DNA of 64,000 bases from positions 705,616 to 769,615 of the forward strand of contig CP046178.1 of NCBI GenBank assembly GCA_014075255.1. The letters are read 5' to 3'. The stretch is from Gammaproteobacteria bacterium. GTDB lineage: Bacteria; Pseudomonadota; Gammaproteobacteria; UBA4575. Both the position numbers and the translations under genes were made by a program. A model generated the notes under the pieces. That model was not told where the DNA came from, searched no databases, and saw nothing but the letters and a program-made list of their open reading frames with translations. Of the stretch, positions 27,557 to 37,672 are shown piece after piece; within the stretch, counting starts at the first letter, position 1; every line of letters starts with the position of its first letter.

Positions 27557-29719
27557 TTAGTTAATTGTTACTGTGCTGCTTGCTAAGCCTGCTGCACATA
27601 CTGCTTGTAGAACTTGACGACCTGCATTGCCATTACATCCATTTGCACAGTTTTCAGCATCCATGATGCCTACTAGCGCTGCTATAGATGCAGTGCGATC
27701 AGGTTGATTTAGCAAGTTCACTCCAGCAGTTTTATCTATAACTGCTCCAGCAATTGCATCTTTTTCACCAGCTGCTATTGCACAGTTATTATCATTAAAG
27801 AAGTCTCTGCAACGACCATTGTTATTGGTGATCTCACCACAATAAGTTGTTGCTAAACGTTGAATCGCTATTTGTTGTGCACCACCAAAGCCAAGTGCAT
27901 CAGCAGTTGGAGGCAACTGATCTCGTAATGCGTCATAACGATCTCGTACGTCACGATCACGCTGACTGATTCCTGTGAGAGCAGCCATAGTGTCGTGCAC
28001 TTGTGAGAAAGTACGCACACCTACATCCGGCTCCGGCACATCAGCTGGCGGCACAGGTTCTGATGGTCCTGCAATAGATTCTGTAGTACCCGTTTGAGCA
28101 CCAAGCACTTCAAATTGAAGGCTCAATTGATCTAATGCTGCACCATTTACAGATGGAATTAATGCACCAAGAGGCGAAATCTCTTGACCAGATTGATTCA
28201 CCATCATGTTGACTCTGCGGAATGTTTGCATCGCTAAAGGAACATCGTTGTTCACTGCAATGCGCATGTTCTTCACTTGAACACCTGCTACATCCGTCAC
28301 CAACTTAGGACGTGCAAATACATATGAAAAAGGATCCATTTCGTACGCTTGCATTTCAACGTATCCAGGAGCTCCTAATACAGACGCTACATCAAAACGT
28401 AGAGATGTAATCGCACCTGCACCTGCTTCAAAGTTTTGTGCTACTTGTGCACCATTTAAAGCCGCATTGTGAATCGCTACCATTTTAAAGGTTCCGCGCC
28501 ACAAACGATCGTTTGTAACCTCATTACCTAACACAAACAAGTTATCGTCCTGCCAGTTCAACATATCACCCGCTATGGCTTCTTCGACAGCTAATTGACC
28601 ATTAACATACAACTTACGACCTCCAGCCATATTGTCATACGTCATTACTACATGTGTTAGCTCAGTAATTACCATGTCTTCAGTACGAAGCGCAGGATTA
28701 CTCCCATTCGCACCTGAGTTTATGGTTTGAACACGTGAATCATATTGTTCTACTTGTTGACCTAAAGTGAAATTACGTCGACCAGTACTAATAGAATATG
28801 AAACGATCCGTGCAGGTCCAGTTTGAGTTATATTTTCTGGGATAACCCATGCTTCAACACTAAACTGGTTTCCGCCAGATAATAAATTAAATAGCTTTTG
28901 ACTATCTGCTAAAGAAGCTTGAGCTTTTCCTGATACGTTGGTTAAACCGCCTTGTGGGTCCCATTCAGTTCCCTCAAGAGCTAAAGTCAAGTCAGCGCCT
29001 ACGTTACTGGTTCCGACTGTGGTATTACCAGTACCTTCAGCAAATGCAAATAGGGTAATCATGTTTGCATCTGCACGTGGAATACTGCCTTCTACAACTT
29101 GTGAGAAATTTGTAGTTGCACTAGCAACAATGTTGCCATTGTTGTTATTTCCACCCGCTGCATCAATTTCTGCTTTCATAGCGGTTATAGCTGCTAAATA
29201 CTCTCCAGCAATTCTTTCACAATTTGGAGCACAGTTATGATCGTTATTAGGCCTTACATAAAAACTAGATAGATTTGGCGTACTAGTATTGTACAGACCT
29301 TGACCACTTGCCAATGCATAGGAACCTGCAGCGTTATCGACAGCAAATTGTATGGGTGCGTTTTCATTTGCATTATTTGAATGACAAAACATGCATGAAT
29401 TTATAGGGCTTCTAATCACTGGAAATAAGTGAGTCGTAAATAAAGCTAAGTTATCTACATCATTACCAGCGTCATTATTGCCACCGTCACCATTATCAAT
29501 AGGCTCATCATCACCCATGTCGCCGTTACCGCTACCGCTACCGCTACCGCTACCGTTTGATGCAGTTGACGCAGGATCATCAGATCCACCGCCTCCACCG
29601 CCACCGCAAGCAGTTAATACAAACGCTAGCGCAATCATGCAAATCATCTGTAGCACATAACTACGTGATGTTTGTACACTTGTGCTGCTACGCTCAAATA
29701 AATAATTATTCTGACTCAT
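27557..29719 (-). CDS. Large lipoprotein with Gly/Ser linker, single CxxCH haem motif and LamG/concanavalin-like domain
   Basis: Likely start MSQNN at 29719, with AGGAG 8 nt upstream, giving about 720 aa. The ORF-track start at 29779 gives 740 aa. The lipobox is 'VLTAC'. There are GGGGGGGS and SGSGSGSGN low-complexity runs and a 'CMFCH' motif. The Laminin_G_3-like segment runs from about 'VSGKAQASL' to 'VAQNFEAG'. Confidence 0.5.
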   Translation of the reverse strand: MSQNNYLFERSSTSVQTSRSYVLQMICMIALAFVLTACGGGGGGGSDDPASTASNGSGSGSGSGNGDMGDDEPIDNGDGGNNDAGNDVDNLALFTTHLFPVIRSPINSCMFCHSNNANENAPIQFAVDNAAGSYALASGQGLYNTSTPNLSSFYVRPNNDHNCAPNCERIAGEYLAAITAMKAEIDAAGGNNNNGNIVASATTNFSQVVEGSIPRADANMITLFAFAEGTGNTTVGTSNVGADLTLALEGTEWDPQGGLTNVSGKAQASLADSQKLFNLLSGGNQFSVEAWVIPENITQTGPARIVSYSISTGRRNFTLGQQVEQYDSRVQTINSGANGSNPALRTEDMVITELTHVVMTYDNMAGGRKLYVNGQLAVEEAIAGDMLNWQDDNLFVLGNEVTNDRLWRGTFKMVAIHNAALNGAQVAQNFEAGAGAITSLRFDVASVLGAPGYVEMQAYEMDPFSYVFARPKLVTDVAGVQVKNMRIAVNNDVPLAMQTFRRVNMMVNQSGQEISPLGALIPSVNGAALDQLSLQFEVLGAQTGTTESIAGPSEPVPPADVPEPDVGVRTFSQVHDTMAALTGISQRDRDVRDRYDALRDQLPPTADALGFGGAQQIAIQRLATTYCGEITNNNGRCRDFFNDNNCAIAAGEKDAIAGAVIDKTAGVNLLNQPDRTASIAALVGIMDAENCANGCNGNAGRQVLQAVCAAGLASSTVTIN

Positions 29720-29763
29720 AACATTTCTCCTAATTGCCATACCTAATTCGTTGGGCAACATCG

Positions 29764-30951
29764 TTATTGGCCCATGCAATAAATAGCCGTCTCTGCAAAG
29801 ACTCGCTTCATACTGCGGTTATTCGCTTCAAAAATAGTTGCAATGTTTTCCACTGCTGTGTTATCTGCATCTCCGTTAGGACTGCGATGACACACTTTTT
29901 CAAATACTTTCTTAACTTGGCATTCGGAAAACTGTCGCGACTGTGAAAGCTCCATACCTAATTCTTTAGCGCCATTACCTAGTCCGCCATTAGCAGCATT
30001 CCAACCTACCCAGCTGTTCTTGCCAGAACGCCAGTAGTTAGCCCATGAATCATTTTGAGTATTAAATCCCGTTGGGAACACACCTGCATCGCGTACATAT
30101 TTTGGCTGTACTTCGCCTGCTGTATAAATAAGTCGCTCACCTTCATCTTCAACTTCAACATAGTCGTAGTAGGCGAATGCACCCGCAAGACCATCTAAAC
30201 CTGCGTGACAGGTAAGACAATCATTCATAAATATTTTGCTGTCGCCACCTGGTGAACGATCTACGTCTTGACGCACACGGTTTGGATAAGCTGCTTTATC
30301 ACGAAAAGCTTCCATATCCATACACATGAAATTTAACGTCGCAAAACGTACTGCTGCGCGGTTTGTGCCCGCTACTATAAAAGCCTCAGCATAACCACGT
30401 GTAGTCATGATGCCTGCAGTTTGAGCAGCACCGAGTTCACTATTAAGTGAAGACTGAGTTGAAAAAATTAAAACAGAGGGGTCACTAAAATTAACACGAT
30501 CGTTTTGAAGATCTACATAGTGATCATTATCATTGATTGAATAATCAGCATCAGCTGCTCCTGCTGGAGCGTGATAAACCCTATCTGCATATAGAATTTG
30601 ATCAAAGGGAACGTTATCACGAACAAAACCCATTACTGTCGCCGTAGAATCATTGAGATCTCGATAAACTGATTGATCTCGATTAGTCCAAGGTGTCGCC
30701 CAATCTTTAATTGTAGTGTTTATAAAAGACGGGTTAGCCATTGCAATATCTGCAGCTAGAAGCGGCTGTGCTGTAATCAGATTCGTCATCTGTGTAAGCA
30801 CTGCTTCTGTTGGCGGCACACCGGCTAAGCGGTCATGCATTCGTTTAGCTTGTTCGCGTGGTCCTGCAAGAGAAACTGAAGTACTTACAATTCCTAATGT
30901 AAAGATAAACGCACCACATACGTTAATAATTTTTTGTCTACTTAAATGCAT
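29764..30951 (-). CDS. Secreted protein with single CxxCH haem motif (PSCyt-like?), first gene of the operon
   Basis: Likely start MHLSRQK at 30951 gives a clean signal peptide. 'NDCLTCHAGLDG' is the haem motif. Confidence 0.45.
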   Translation of the reverse strand: MHLSRQKIINVCGAFIFTLGIVSTSVSLAGPREQAKRMHDRLAGVPPTEAVLTQMTNLITAQPLLAADIAMANPSFINTTIKDWATPWTNRDQSVYRDLNDSTATVMGFVRDNVPFDQILYADRVYHAPAGAADADYSINDNDHYVDLQNDRVNFSDPSVLIFSTQSSLNSELGAAQTAGIMTTRGYAEAFIVAGTNRAAVRFATLNFMCMDMEAFRDKAAYPNRVRQDVDRSPGGDSKIFMNDCLTCHAGLDGLAGAFAYYDYVEVEDEGERLIYTAGEVQPKYVRDAGVFPTGFNTQNDSWANYWRSGKNSWVGWNAANGGLGNGAKELGMELSQSRQFSECQVKKVFEKVCHRSPNGDADNTAVENIATIFEANNRSMKRVFAETAIYCMGQ

Positions 30952-31489
30952 TTTCGCACCTCTCGTATTTAAAACATTCATATCGATTAACTTAAAATTC
31001 GCTCGCTTAAGCAATTAAGTAAACGAAAGCTTATCGACAGCCACTTCCCGGACTGTGTGGAATGAGAAAAAACGAAACGAAATGCGGTAGGTAACTATTA
31101 ACAAAAGCTCTTTTAACCACCACTGGTTAAAATAACTATTATTTAATCGTTACGGTCCAACCTGATGAACTGATTTTCACCATCCTAGCGAATATCATGC
31201 TCGGCAAGATGCCGTTTCATTGTTCCAAACTCCAGGTACGAATACTGAAGCTAAATAAAAGCAATAAAACAGCAAGTAAGATAAATGGATGGTTTTAACC
31301 TATGAACGGTTATTAAGAATTGGGAAGAAAAATAATCAACTTAAAATCAATACATTATGAATTCTCGAAATATTCAAATTACACAATATTATTAGAATAT
31401 AGCCAGCAATTAAGATAACCGACTGAAAGAAGGAAGTATAATTTTTAAGTTAAATAATACTCAAATCTACTTTGAATTTTCATTCTAGA

Positions 31490-31527
31490 AAAGAATTTGT
31501 AAGTGCATCACAGTTTGATGCACTTAC
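31490..31527 (-). terminator. Rho-independent terminator after nfeD (12-bp perfect stem GTAAGTGCATCA/TGATGCACTTAC)
   Basis: The hairpin at 31499..31527 lies immediately downstream of the NfeD stop. It is followed on the minus strand by AAATTCTTTTCT. Confidence 0.5.
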
Positions 31528-31534
31528 AGAATTA

Positions 31535-31981
31535 TTAGACATGCTCTACATTTAATACCGTACCATTAAGCGAGGTCACTTTTACTTTTTGTCCCACCTC
31601 ACAATCATTGCCGTACACTTTCCACATGGTGTCATCAACATTTATTTTCCCGTAGTTATCATTAATAGGTGTCTTTAATGTAAAAACACGGCCTATCAGC
31701 TCTTCGCCACGCTTATTTAATGTAGGGTGTGCGTCCACCTCAGGAACCTTTTTCCTATATAGGCGCCAGCCAAGTATAGAAAGTACAGACAAGATTCCAA
31801 ACAAAGTAATTTGCCATTGCCAGCTCAGGTCAGGCAGCATCCATACAAGAAGCCCTAATACAGCTGCAGATGCACTAAACCAAATAAAGACTGCACCTGG
31901 CGCAAATATTTCTATTGATAAACAAACAATAGCAATCACCCACCAGTGCCAGTATTGCAAATTTGTAATGAATTCACTCAT
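31535..31981 (-). CDS. NfeD-family membrane protein (YbbJ-like)
   Basis: Two TM helices plus a C-terminal OB-fold, and the classic pairing with a stomatin-like gene. Confidence 0.8.
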   Translation of the reverse strand: MSEFITNLQYWHWWVIAIVCLSIEIFAPGAVFIWFSASAAVLGLLVWMLPDLSWQWQITLFGILSVLSILGWRLYRKKVPEVDAHPTLNKRGEELIGRVFTLKTPINDNYGKINVDDTMWKVYGNDCEVGQKVKVTSLNGTVLNVEHV

Positions 31982-32016
31982 AACATCAGTTCCTTAATAA
32001 AATACTTTATAAACAT

Positions 32017-32931
32017 CTAGGCTTTATCGGACAAAGCAGATTTTGCAATTTCCGATATTCCAGCTATGGATCCCATCAAACTTGAAGCCTCTAATGGCAA
32101 CATGATGATCTTCTGATTATCCGCTGAACCAATTGTACTTAGCGCCTCTATGTACTTGGTTGCCACAAAGTAATTCACCGCTTGAATATCGCCACTCGCT
32201 ATAGCTTGAGAAACCATCGAAGTTGCATTCGCTTCAGCTTTGGCTAAGGCCTCTCGTGCTGCCGCATCACGTTTTGCAGCTTCAAGTCGGCCATCCGCAT
32301 CCAGTATTGCTGCTTGTTTTTCGCCCTCAGCTTTTAGAATTTCAGATTGCTTATAACCTTCGGAGGTCAAGATTTCTGCACGCTTGTCACGCTCTGCTTT
32401 CATTTGTCGTGCCATGGAATCCACCAAGTCTTGTGGAGGCGCAATATCTTTAATTTCGATACGAGTAACTTTAACGCCCCATGGTGAAGTCGCTTCATCT
32501 ACTACGTGTAATAGCTGAGCATTGATTTGATCACGATTTGATAAAGACTGATCTAAATCCATCGAACCTAATACAGTACGAATGTTCGTCATGGTTAGAT
32601 TTAACGTCGCTCGTTGTAAATTATTTACATTGTATGATGCCTTTACTGGGTCAAGCACTTGGTAAAATACAACGCCATCCACTCTCACCACGGCATTATC
32701 ACGCGTGATCACTTCTTGCGATGGCACATCAAGCACCCGCTCCTTCATATTCATCTTATTACTAATGATATCTACGTATGGAATGATGAAAGATAATCCA
32801 GGTTGCAAGGTTCTGCGAAATTTGCCAAACCGCTCAACTGTCCATTCAAAACCCTGTGGTACGCGCTTTACCGCCATAACGACGGTAAGAACCGCCAACA
32901 CTAAAAAAGCAATGGGTAAGATTTCTAACAT
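32017..32931 (-). CDS. qmcA: SPFH/band-7 (stomatin-like) protein
   Basis: N-terminal TM helix, SPFH domain and C-terminal coiled coil. It is followed by nfeD. Confidence 0.8.
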   Translation of the reverse strand: MLEILPIAFLVLAVLTVVMAVKRVPQGFEWTVERFGKFRRTLQPGLSFIIPYVDIISNKMNMKERVLDVPSQEVITRDNAVVRVDGVVFYQVLDPVKASYNVNNLQRATLNLTMTNIRTVLGSMDLDQSLSNRDQINAQLLHVVDEATSPWGVKVTRIEIKDIAPPQDLVDSMARQMKAERDKRAEILTSEGYKQSEILKAEGEKQAAILDADGRLEAAKRDAAAREALAKAEANATSMVSQAIASGDIQAVNYFVATKYIEALSTIGSADNQKIIMLPLEASSLMGSIAGISEIAKSALSDKA

Positions 32932-33079
32932 GTGTCCCTCCTAGTAAAAGACCAAATGTAATGATATCGTTTTGTATGTAACGATATATTTACATATTTT
33001 TACATTTTAGTCAAGGTATCTAGAAGTTTTAATTTACTAATGGTAATATATATTTACGTCAGTAACTTATACATTACAT

Positions 33080-33367
33080 ATGCAAACAGCACAAAAGAGC
33101 CCACCCCATTATGTTCATGACCCAAAATGGGCTACCGGGGTTTCAAGACTTATAAAAGCCCATATGGCAGCGACAGGCATTACCTACGCTGATTTGAGCG
33201 CTAAGCTTAAAAATCTGGGTACTTCCCAATCTCCAGAAAATTTACGAGTAAAAATCAATCGCGGTAACTTTGGTGCTCAGCTATTTGTGCAACTATTAAT
33301 CGTGATGGGCAAAACGGAAATTAACCTCAAAGAGCTTGAATTGATTGTAGATAACGTTGATCTGTAA
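33080..33367 (+). CDS. DUF6471-like small protein
   Basis: 'KWATGVSRLIKAHMAATGITYADLSAKL...KINRGNFGAQLFVQLL' resembles DUF6471. Confidence 0.45.
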   Translation: MQTAQKSPPHYVHDPKWATGVSRLIKAHMAATGITYADLSAKLKNLGTSQSPENLRVKINRGNFGAQLFVQLLIVMGKTEINLKELELIVDNVDL

Positions 33368-33538
33368 CTTCATTAGAAAAACGTCGTGAGCTAGTTCTCA
33401 CTAAATCACTAATACCTGAATCTAATGTGGTTAAACTCAACTACTTAACCTTTAGATCCTACCTTCTATCCTCTTCCTTGCTCCGCATAAGCAAGTAACA
33501 AGTAAAAATATCAGTCTACTTTTCCATGGCGGTCAAAG

Positions 33539-34177
33539 ATGATCAATAAAACCGTATTTGTTTCTAAGTTAATGCTTTCAATACTATGTCTTGCACCTTG
33601 GGTAGTTAATGCAGAAGAAGAAACTCCACATGAGATTATTGAGCATACTTCTACAGAGGTTTTAACTGCTCTAAAAAATGATGTGAGTGGAATAAAGAAT
33701 AATCCAAATAGAATAAACGAATTGGTTGATGAAATTATCCTTCCTATTTGTGATGTTGAAAGAATGGGAAAATATATACTAGCCAAGCATTGGAAAACCG
33801 CTAGCGAAGATCAACGTAGTGCATTTGTGAGTGAATTTAAACAAATGCTAATTCGCAACTACGGCAAACACTTAGCTGCATATTCGAATGCAACGGTAAC
33901 GGTAATCCCACTTAAAATAACAGAAGAAAAACTTTATCAAACTGTTAGCACTGAACTCGATACTCGTATCGGATCTAAGCCATTTCAAGTTGATTATGTA
34001 TTTAGAGTGACTGATAGCTCCACTAAAGTGGTCGACGTGCGCATAGAAGGAATGAGTATACTTAAGACTTTTCGCACTGCATTTACACAAGAAATAGCCG
34101 AAACCTCACTGGAATCGTTAATAGAAAGGATTACATTAGTAAACCAGCCTTCACTTGCAATGAACACTGTACATTAA
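33539..34177 (+). CDS. MlaC/Ttg2D-family periplasmic phospholipid-binding protein (orphan)
   Basis: Signal peptide and 'ILPICDVERMGKYILAKHWKTASEDQRSAFVSEFKQMLIRNYG', typical of MlaC. Confidence 0.7.
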   Translation: MINKTVFVSKLMLSILCLAPWVVNAEEETPHEIIEHTSTEVLTALKNDVSGIKNNPNRINELVDEIILPICDVERMGKYILAKHWKTASEDQRSAFVSEFKQMLIRNYGKHLAAYSNATVTVIPLKITEEKLYQTVSTELDTRIGSKPFQVDYVFRVTDSSTKVVDVRIEGMSILKTFRTAFTQEIAETSLESLIERITLVNQPSLAMNTVH

Positions 34178-34192
34178 GTCAATCACCCTATT

Positions 34193-34666
34193 TTAGAATT
34201 TTTGACCCGCTATTACCGCTTTACTCTCTAGATCTTCTATCCACCAATGTGAAAATGGAACACAACGAACAAGATAGGTTCGTTGTATTTGTGCTTCAAA
34301 TTCTAGTGTTTTAGCTTTCCCGCTAAACTCTTCAGAGTTGAATTCTCCTTGAGCTTCATCACAAAAAACTTTAATTTGATGCTTACCAACAGCCACTTCG
34401 ACTAGATTGTTGCTAGGTTTTACCACTTTTTTACCATCAATCTCAGCAATTAATGCACTGCGCACATAATCGCCACTCACAAAGACTCCATCACGCACAT
34501 AGGCAATTGGGGTTGCAGGTGTTTGCTCAATTGAATGCCAACTAAGCGCACCGCAAGAATACAAAGGGACAACCAAAGCCAAACATTCTAGGCAAAGCAT
34601 ACTTTTACATAGATAGACACCGAAAATCTTACGCCAATAGGTAATAAAAGATGGTATCAGTGGCAT
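34193..34666 (-). CDS. Hypothetical secreted/membrane protein
   Basis: ORF with a hydrophobic N-terminus and no recognisable domain. Confidence 0.3.
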   Translation of the reverse strand: MPLIPSFITYWRKIFGVYLCKSMLCLECLALVVPLYSCGALSWHSIEQTPATPIAYVRDGVFVSGDYVRSALIAEIDGKKVVKPSNNLVEVAVGKHQIKVFCDEAQGEFNSEEFSGKAKTLEFEAQIQRTYLVRCVPFSHWWIEDLESKAVIAGQKF

Positions 34667-34736
34667 ATAACGTATTCTTTATATTGCATAAGATGTTTTT
34701 CTAAACTTATATCTGTTAAAAATTTCAGGAATTATT

Positions 34737-34991
34737 ATGTCTTCTGCATTAGCAGTTTCAGATTCTAAGCATCTCATTCAAGAATTAGAACCCATACTGG
34801 TTTCTCTTTATCAAAGTGAAAATGGCAAATCTCCTACACTTTATGAACTAAAGCAGTACTTAGTAAGCTACGCATCAGAGAAAATTGTGGATTCATTAAT
34901 AAACTCTGATTCCACTATGTTCAAATCTATGTCTTCAAATGAAGCTTTGGCTGCAATTAATCTCTACATTAGAAAGCTACGTGTTTGGTAA
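34737..34991 (+). CDS. Hypothetical protein
   Basis: 84-aa ORF with no recognised motif. Confidence 0.25.
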   Translation: MSSALAVSDSKHLIQELEPILVSLYQSENGKSPTLYELKQYLVSYASEKIVDSLINSDSTMFKSMSSNEALAAINLYIRKLRVW

Positions 34992-35051
34992 CAGATTGTT
35001 TCGCTTTTAGTCTTCCATCTAAATTGAGAGCAGGTAAAATCAGCCGCTCTC

Positions 35052-35465
35052 ATGATAATCGAGTTACTACATAATTATAAGAATGAATTTTTTATCCTAG
35101 CTTGGATTTCTCTTGCCTTGTTTATAGTTAGTATAGCGATAATTCCTTGGATCGTTATTAAAATTCCCGAAGATTATTTCCACGAGCGATATCGTGTGCG
35201 GGTTAGCAAAAATAGTGGCCATCCACTCATTGCACAGTTATTTACTGGTCTGAAAAATATAGCCGGATTTATATTTGTTGTACTAGGAGTCTTAATGCTG
35301 ATCCTACCTGGTCAAGGAATACTCACAATTCTCATGGGTTTATTTTTGATGAATTTCCCTGGCAAATATCGACTTGAGCGAAAAATCGTATCTCTCCCAC
35401 GCATATTGAAGTCATTAAATTGGATTAGAGCTAAAGCCAATAAAGCTCCGCTGATGATAGAATAA
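35052..35465 (+). CDS. Small membrane protein (PGPGW-like)
   Basis: Two TM regions and 'LPGQGILT', similar to the PGPGW family. Confidence 0.4.
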   Translation: MIIELLHNYKNEFFILAWISLALFIVSIAIIPWIVIKIPEDYFHERYRVRVSKNSGHPLIAQLFTGLKNIAGFIFVVLGVLMLILPGQGILTILMGLFLMNFPGKYRLERKIVSLPRILKSLNWIRAKANKAPLMIE

Positions 35466-35503
35466 TGGGCAAGCTAATCGCTATTTGATAGAGGTAGAGG
35501 TAA

Positions 35504-35932
35504 ATGCAAAATACTAACCCTGACTCAAACCCTAAAGCTACAACGTGGTTTAGTGGGCTAATATTTATTCTCGGCATCATTTGTACAGGTATTGCAGCAG
35601 TAGGCATATTTTGGTTAAGCAAAATTATACCTGGGATTTATCAAACTCTGGCCGGAACTGACTTCTCTTTCATGTCAAATTCAGTTGTGTTTCATTTACT
35701 TTGGGTTGTGTTCTTTTTAAGTCTACTCATGACAGGAGTCAAATTACTAATTTCTGCATTAAATAAACGCACCACGGACCTTGTGCCTGGGGTTTCTCTA
35801 TATTTTCTAGGCGCTTCGCTGCTAATTATAGGTTTGTTTTATTTGCTGTTTGGTCAGTTGATTTATGCGCTAATTTCCATCATTGCGGGAACATTTTTTA
35901 TCTATGTAGAGGGTACAACTGAGTTAGCCTAG
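35504..35932 (+). CDS. Hypothetical membrane protein (4 TM)
   Basis: Four hydrophobic helices. Confidence 0.35.
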   Translation: MQNTNPDSNPKATTWFSGLIFILGIICTGIAAVGIFWLSKIIPGIYQTLAGTDFSFMSNSVVFHLLWVVFFLSLLMTGVKLLISALNKRTTDLVPGVSLYFLGASLLIIGLFYLLFGQLIYALISIIAGTFFIYVEGTTELA

Positions 35933-36172
35933 CTTACCCAAGCAAGCTTATTTATTAGATTACTTAACCTTTCAATTCAGATTATCTGCCTGCCTTGAGT
36001 ATGAATTAGTCATATAATTCCTGCTCTTTCATCCATTTCGTCCCCAAAATCCGCATCCTTTATCGGTAAGAACACCACTATGAATGGGATTTATGTCCCA
36101 ATACAACACAGAAAATTCTCTAAAAATTATAGTTTTACCTACTCTTATGCGATTAACCCTAGTTAGGATCAT

Positions 36173-36778
36173 ATGGAAATGAAATACTCTTCTTTAATTA
36201 AATTCTCAATTCTCACAGCACTTCTTAACTTAGGTTTAGCAAGTAACGTGATTGCAGATGACGCAACTAATGAAATAAAAATTGCTAAATCCGAAGAAGT
36301 CTACTCCGTGCCGGATGATTACGGCAAAAGTAAGCAAGGTAAATTTTATTCAGAAAACAGCGAATCAATTCTCGAAGATGGACGATTATTTCTACAAGTA
36401 AATATTGCTTCATATCATCCAAGCGAAGATAAAGACGATGATTTCAATGAATTTAACCCTGGTGCAGGTTTTGAATACCATATGGACGGTTACTACTACG
36501 CTGCGGGATTCTTTGAAAATAGTATTGATAAATTCAGTACCTATTGGGGTGTGGGCCACGAACGAACAATCGGTACAGATTGGTTTGGTCTCGGCATTTT
36601 AGGTGGCGTAGTTACAGGATATGATGGCGGTTTTTCACCGCGGTTAGCCGCTGTACCTTATATTTTATTAAAAAATGGGCGCTCTTCACTAAAAATACAT
36701 TATGTTCCAGCTGTTGGTGATGTAGATTCAGATGCCATTGGTTTTTCCGCTCGCTTTGATATGGGCGGTTTTTTCTAG
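36173..36778 (+). CDS. Putative outer-membrane beta-barrel protein
   Basis: Signal peptide, aromatic-rich alternating strands and a C-terminal 'GGFF'. Confidence 0.4.
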   Translation: MEMKYSSLIKFSILTALLNLGLASNVIADDATNEIKIAKSEEVYSVPDDYGKSKQGKFYSENSESILEDGRLFLQVNIASYHPSEDKDDDFNEFNPGAGFEYHMDGYYYAAGFFENSIDKFSTYWGVGHERTIGTDWFGLGILGGVVTGYDGGFSPRLAAVPYILLKNGRSSLKIHYVPAVGDVDSDAIGFSARFDMGGFF

Positions 36779-36896
36779 CTATCGTTTTAGACTCAGTCCA
36801 GAGTCATGTTTGTAAGAAGACTAGGCTAATACCACTCTTTAAACTGTCCCACGCTCTAGTTATACTTGCCTCAAGTAATGGAGAGACCGTTATTCC

Positions 36897-37313
36897 ATGA
36901 GCTTCAGTGATTTAATTCTTGCGATTCTAATTCTTACAGGCGCTGCCTGCATAGTTTGGATTTTAGATATCAATCCTTACGATAAGAAACTACATGTATA
37001 TACTCAAACTTGTGACAATATGATTTTGGAAAATACCTATTGCAAAGGAAATTGGCAAGATAACCCTATAGAAATATTCGTTATCAATCAGGATACTAAG
37101 CAGATTATATCTAAGTTGGAAAATCAGCATGATTCAAGTATTTATGAAAGTTGCACAATACGAGATCGAAAAAACTGGCTATGTAGCGTAGGGCTAACCC
37201 AGCAAAATATTACAGTAAAAGATGGGCAGATCACTTACAGTGAAAACAGCGATACCCGTCAAATCACACGCCTAGAATGGTTGCAAAATAAATTTCTAAA
37301 AATAATGGATTAA
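36897..37313 (+). CDS. Hypothetical membrane-anchored protein
   Basis: N-terminal TM helix and no recognised domain. Confidence 0.3.
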   Translation: MSFSDLILAILILTGAACIVWILDINPYDKKLHVYTQTCDNMILENTYCKGNWQDNPIEIFVINQDTKQIISKLENQHDSSIYESCTIRDRKNWLCSVGLTQQNITVKDGQITYSENSDTRQITRLEWLQNKFLKIMD

Positions 37314-37330
37314 ATTAATCGTTAATCATT

Positions 37331-37672
37331 ATGAGTGAAACAATTTTTAATAAGATAATCAGCAAAGAAATTCCTGCTGAAATTGTTTATGAAGACGAAC
37401 AGTGTTTAGCGTTTAAAGATGTAAACCCGCAAGCGCCTATTCATTTACTCATCATCCCTAAAATATCTATTGAAAAAATTGCTGATGCAGAAATAAGCGA
37501 TCAAAAACTACTAGGCCATTTATTATTAAAAGCAGGTGAAATAGCAGAAGAACTAGGAGTTAAAGATGCTTTTCGCTTAATAATTAACAACGGAGAAGAT
37601 GCAGGACAAACCGTATTTCATCTACACATCCATTTACTGGCGGGAAGACCTTTTAGCTGGCCACCTGGTTAA
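37331..37672 (+). CDS. HIT-family (histidine triad) nucleotide-binding protein
   Basis: 'HLHIHLLAG' histidine-triad motif. Confidence 0.85.
   Translation: MSETIFNKIISKEIPAEIVYEDEQCLAFKDVNPQAPIHLLIIPKISIEKIADAEISDQKLLGHLLLKAGEIAEELGVKDAFRLIINNGEDAGQTVFHLHIHLLAGRPFSWPPG

Noticed and set aside
27002-29660. Several plus-strand ORFs (27002..27217, 27236..27445, 28938..29240, 29478..29660) inside the large minus-strand genes, including a Pro-rich 'PLPLPLPLP' one
   Set aside because: They are reverse-complement artefacts of the Gly/Ser/Ala-rich coding sequence. The poly-Pro run is the mirror of the (GS)n and (G)n codon repeats.
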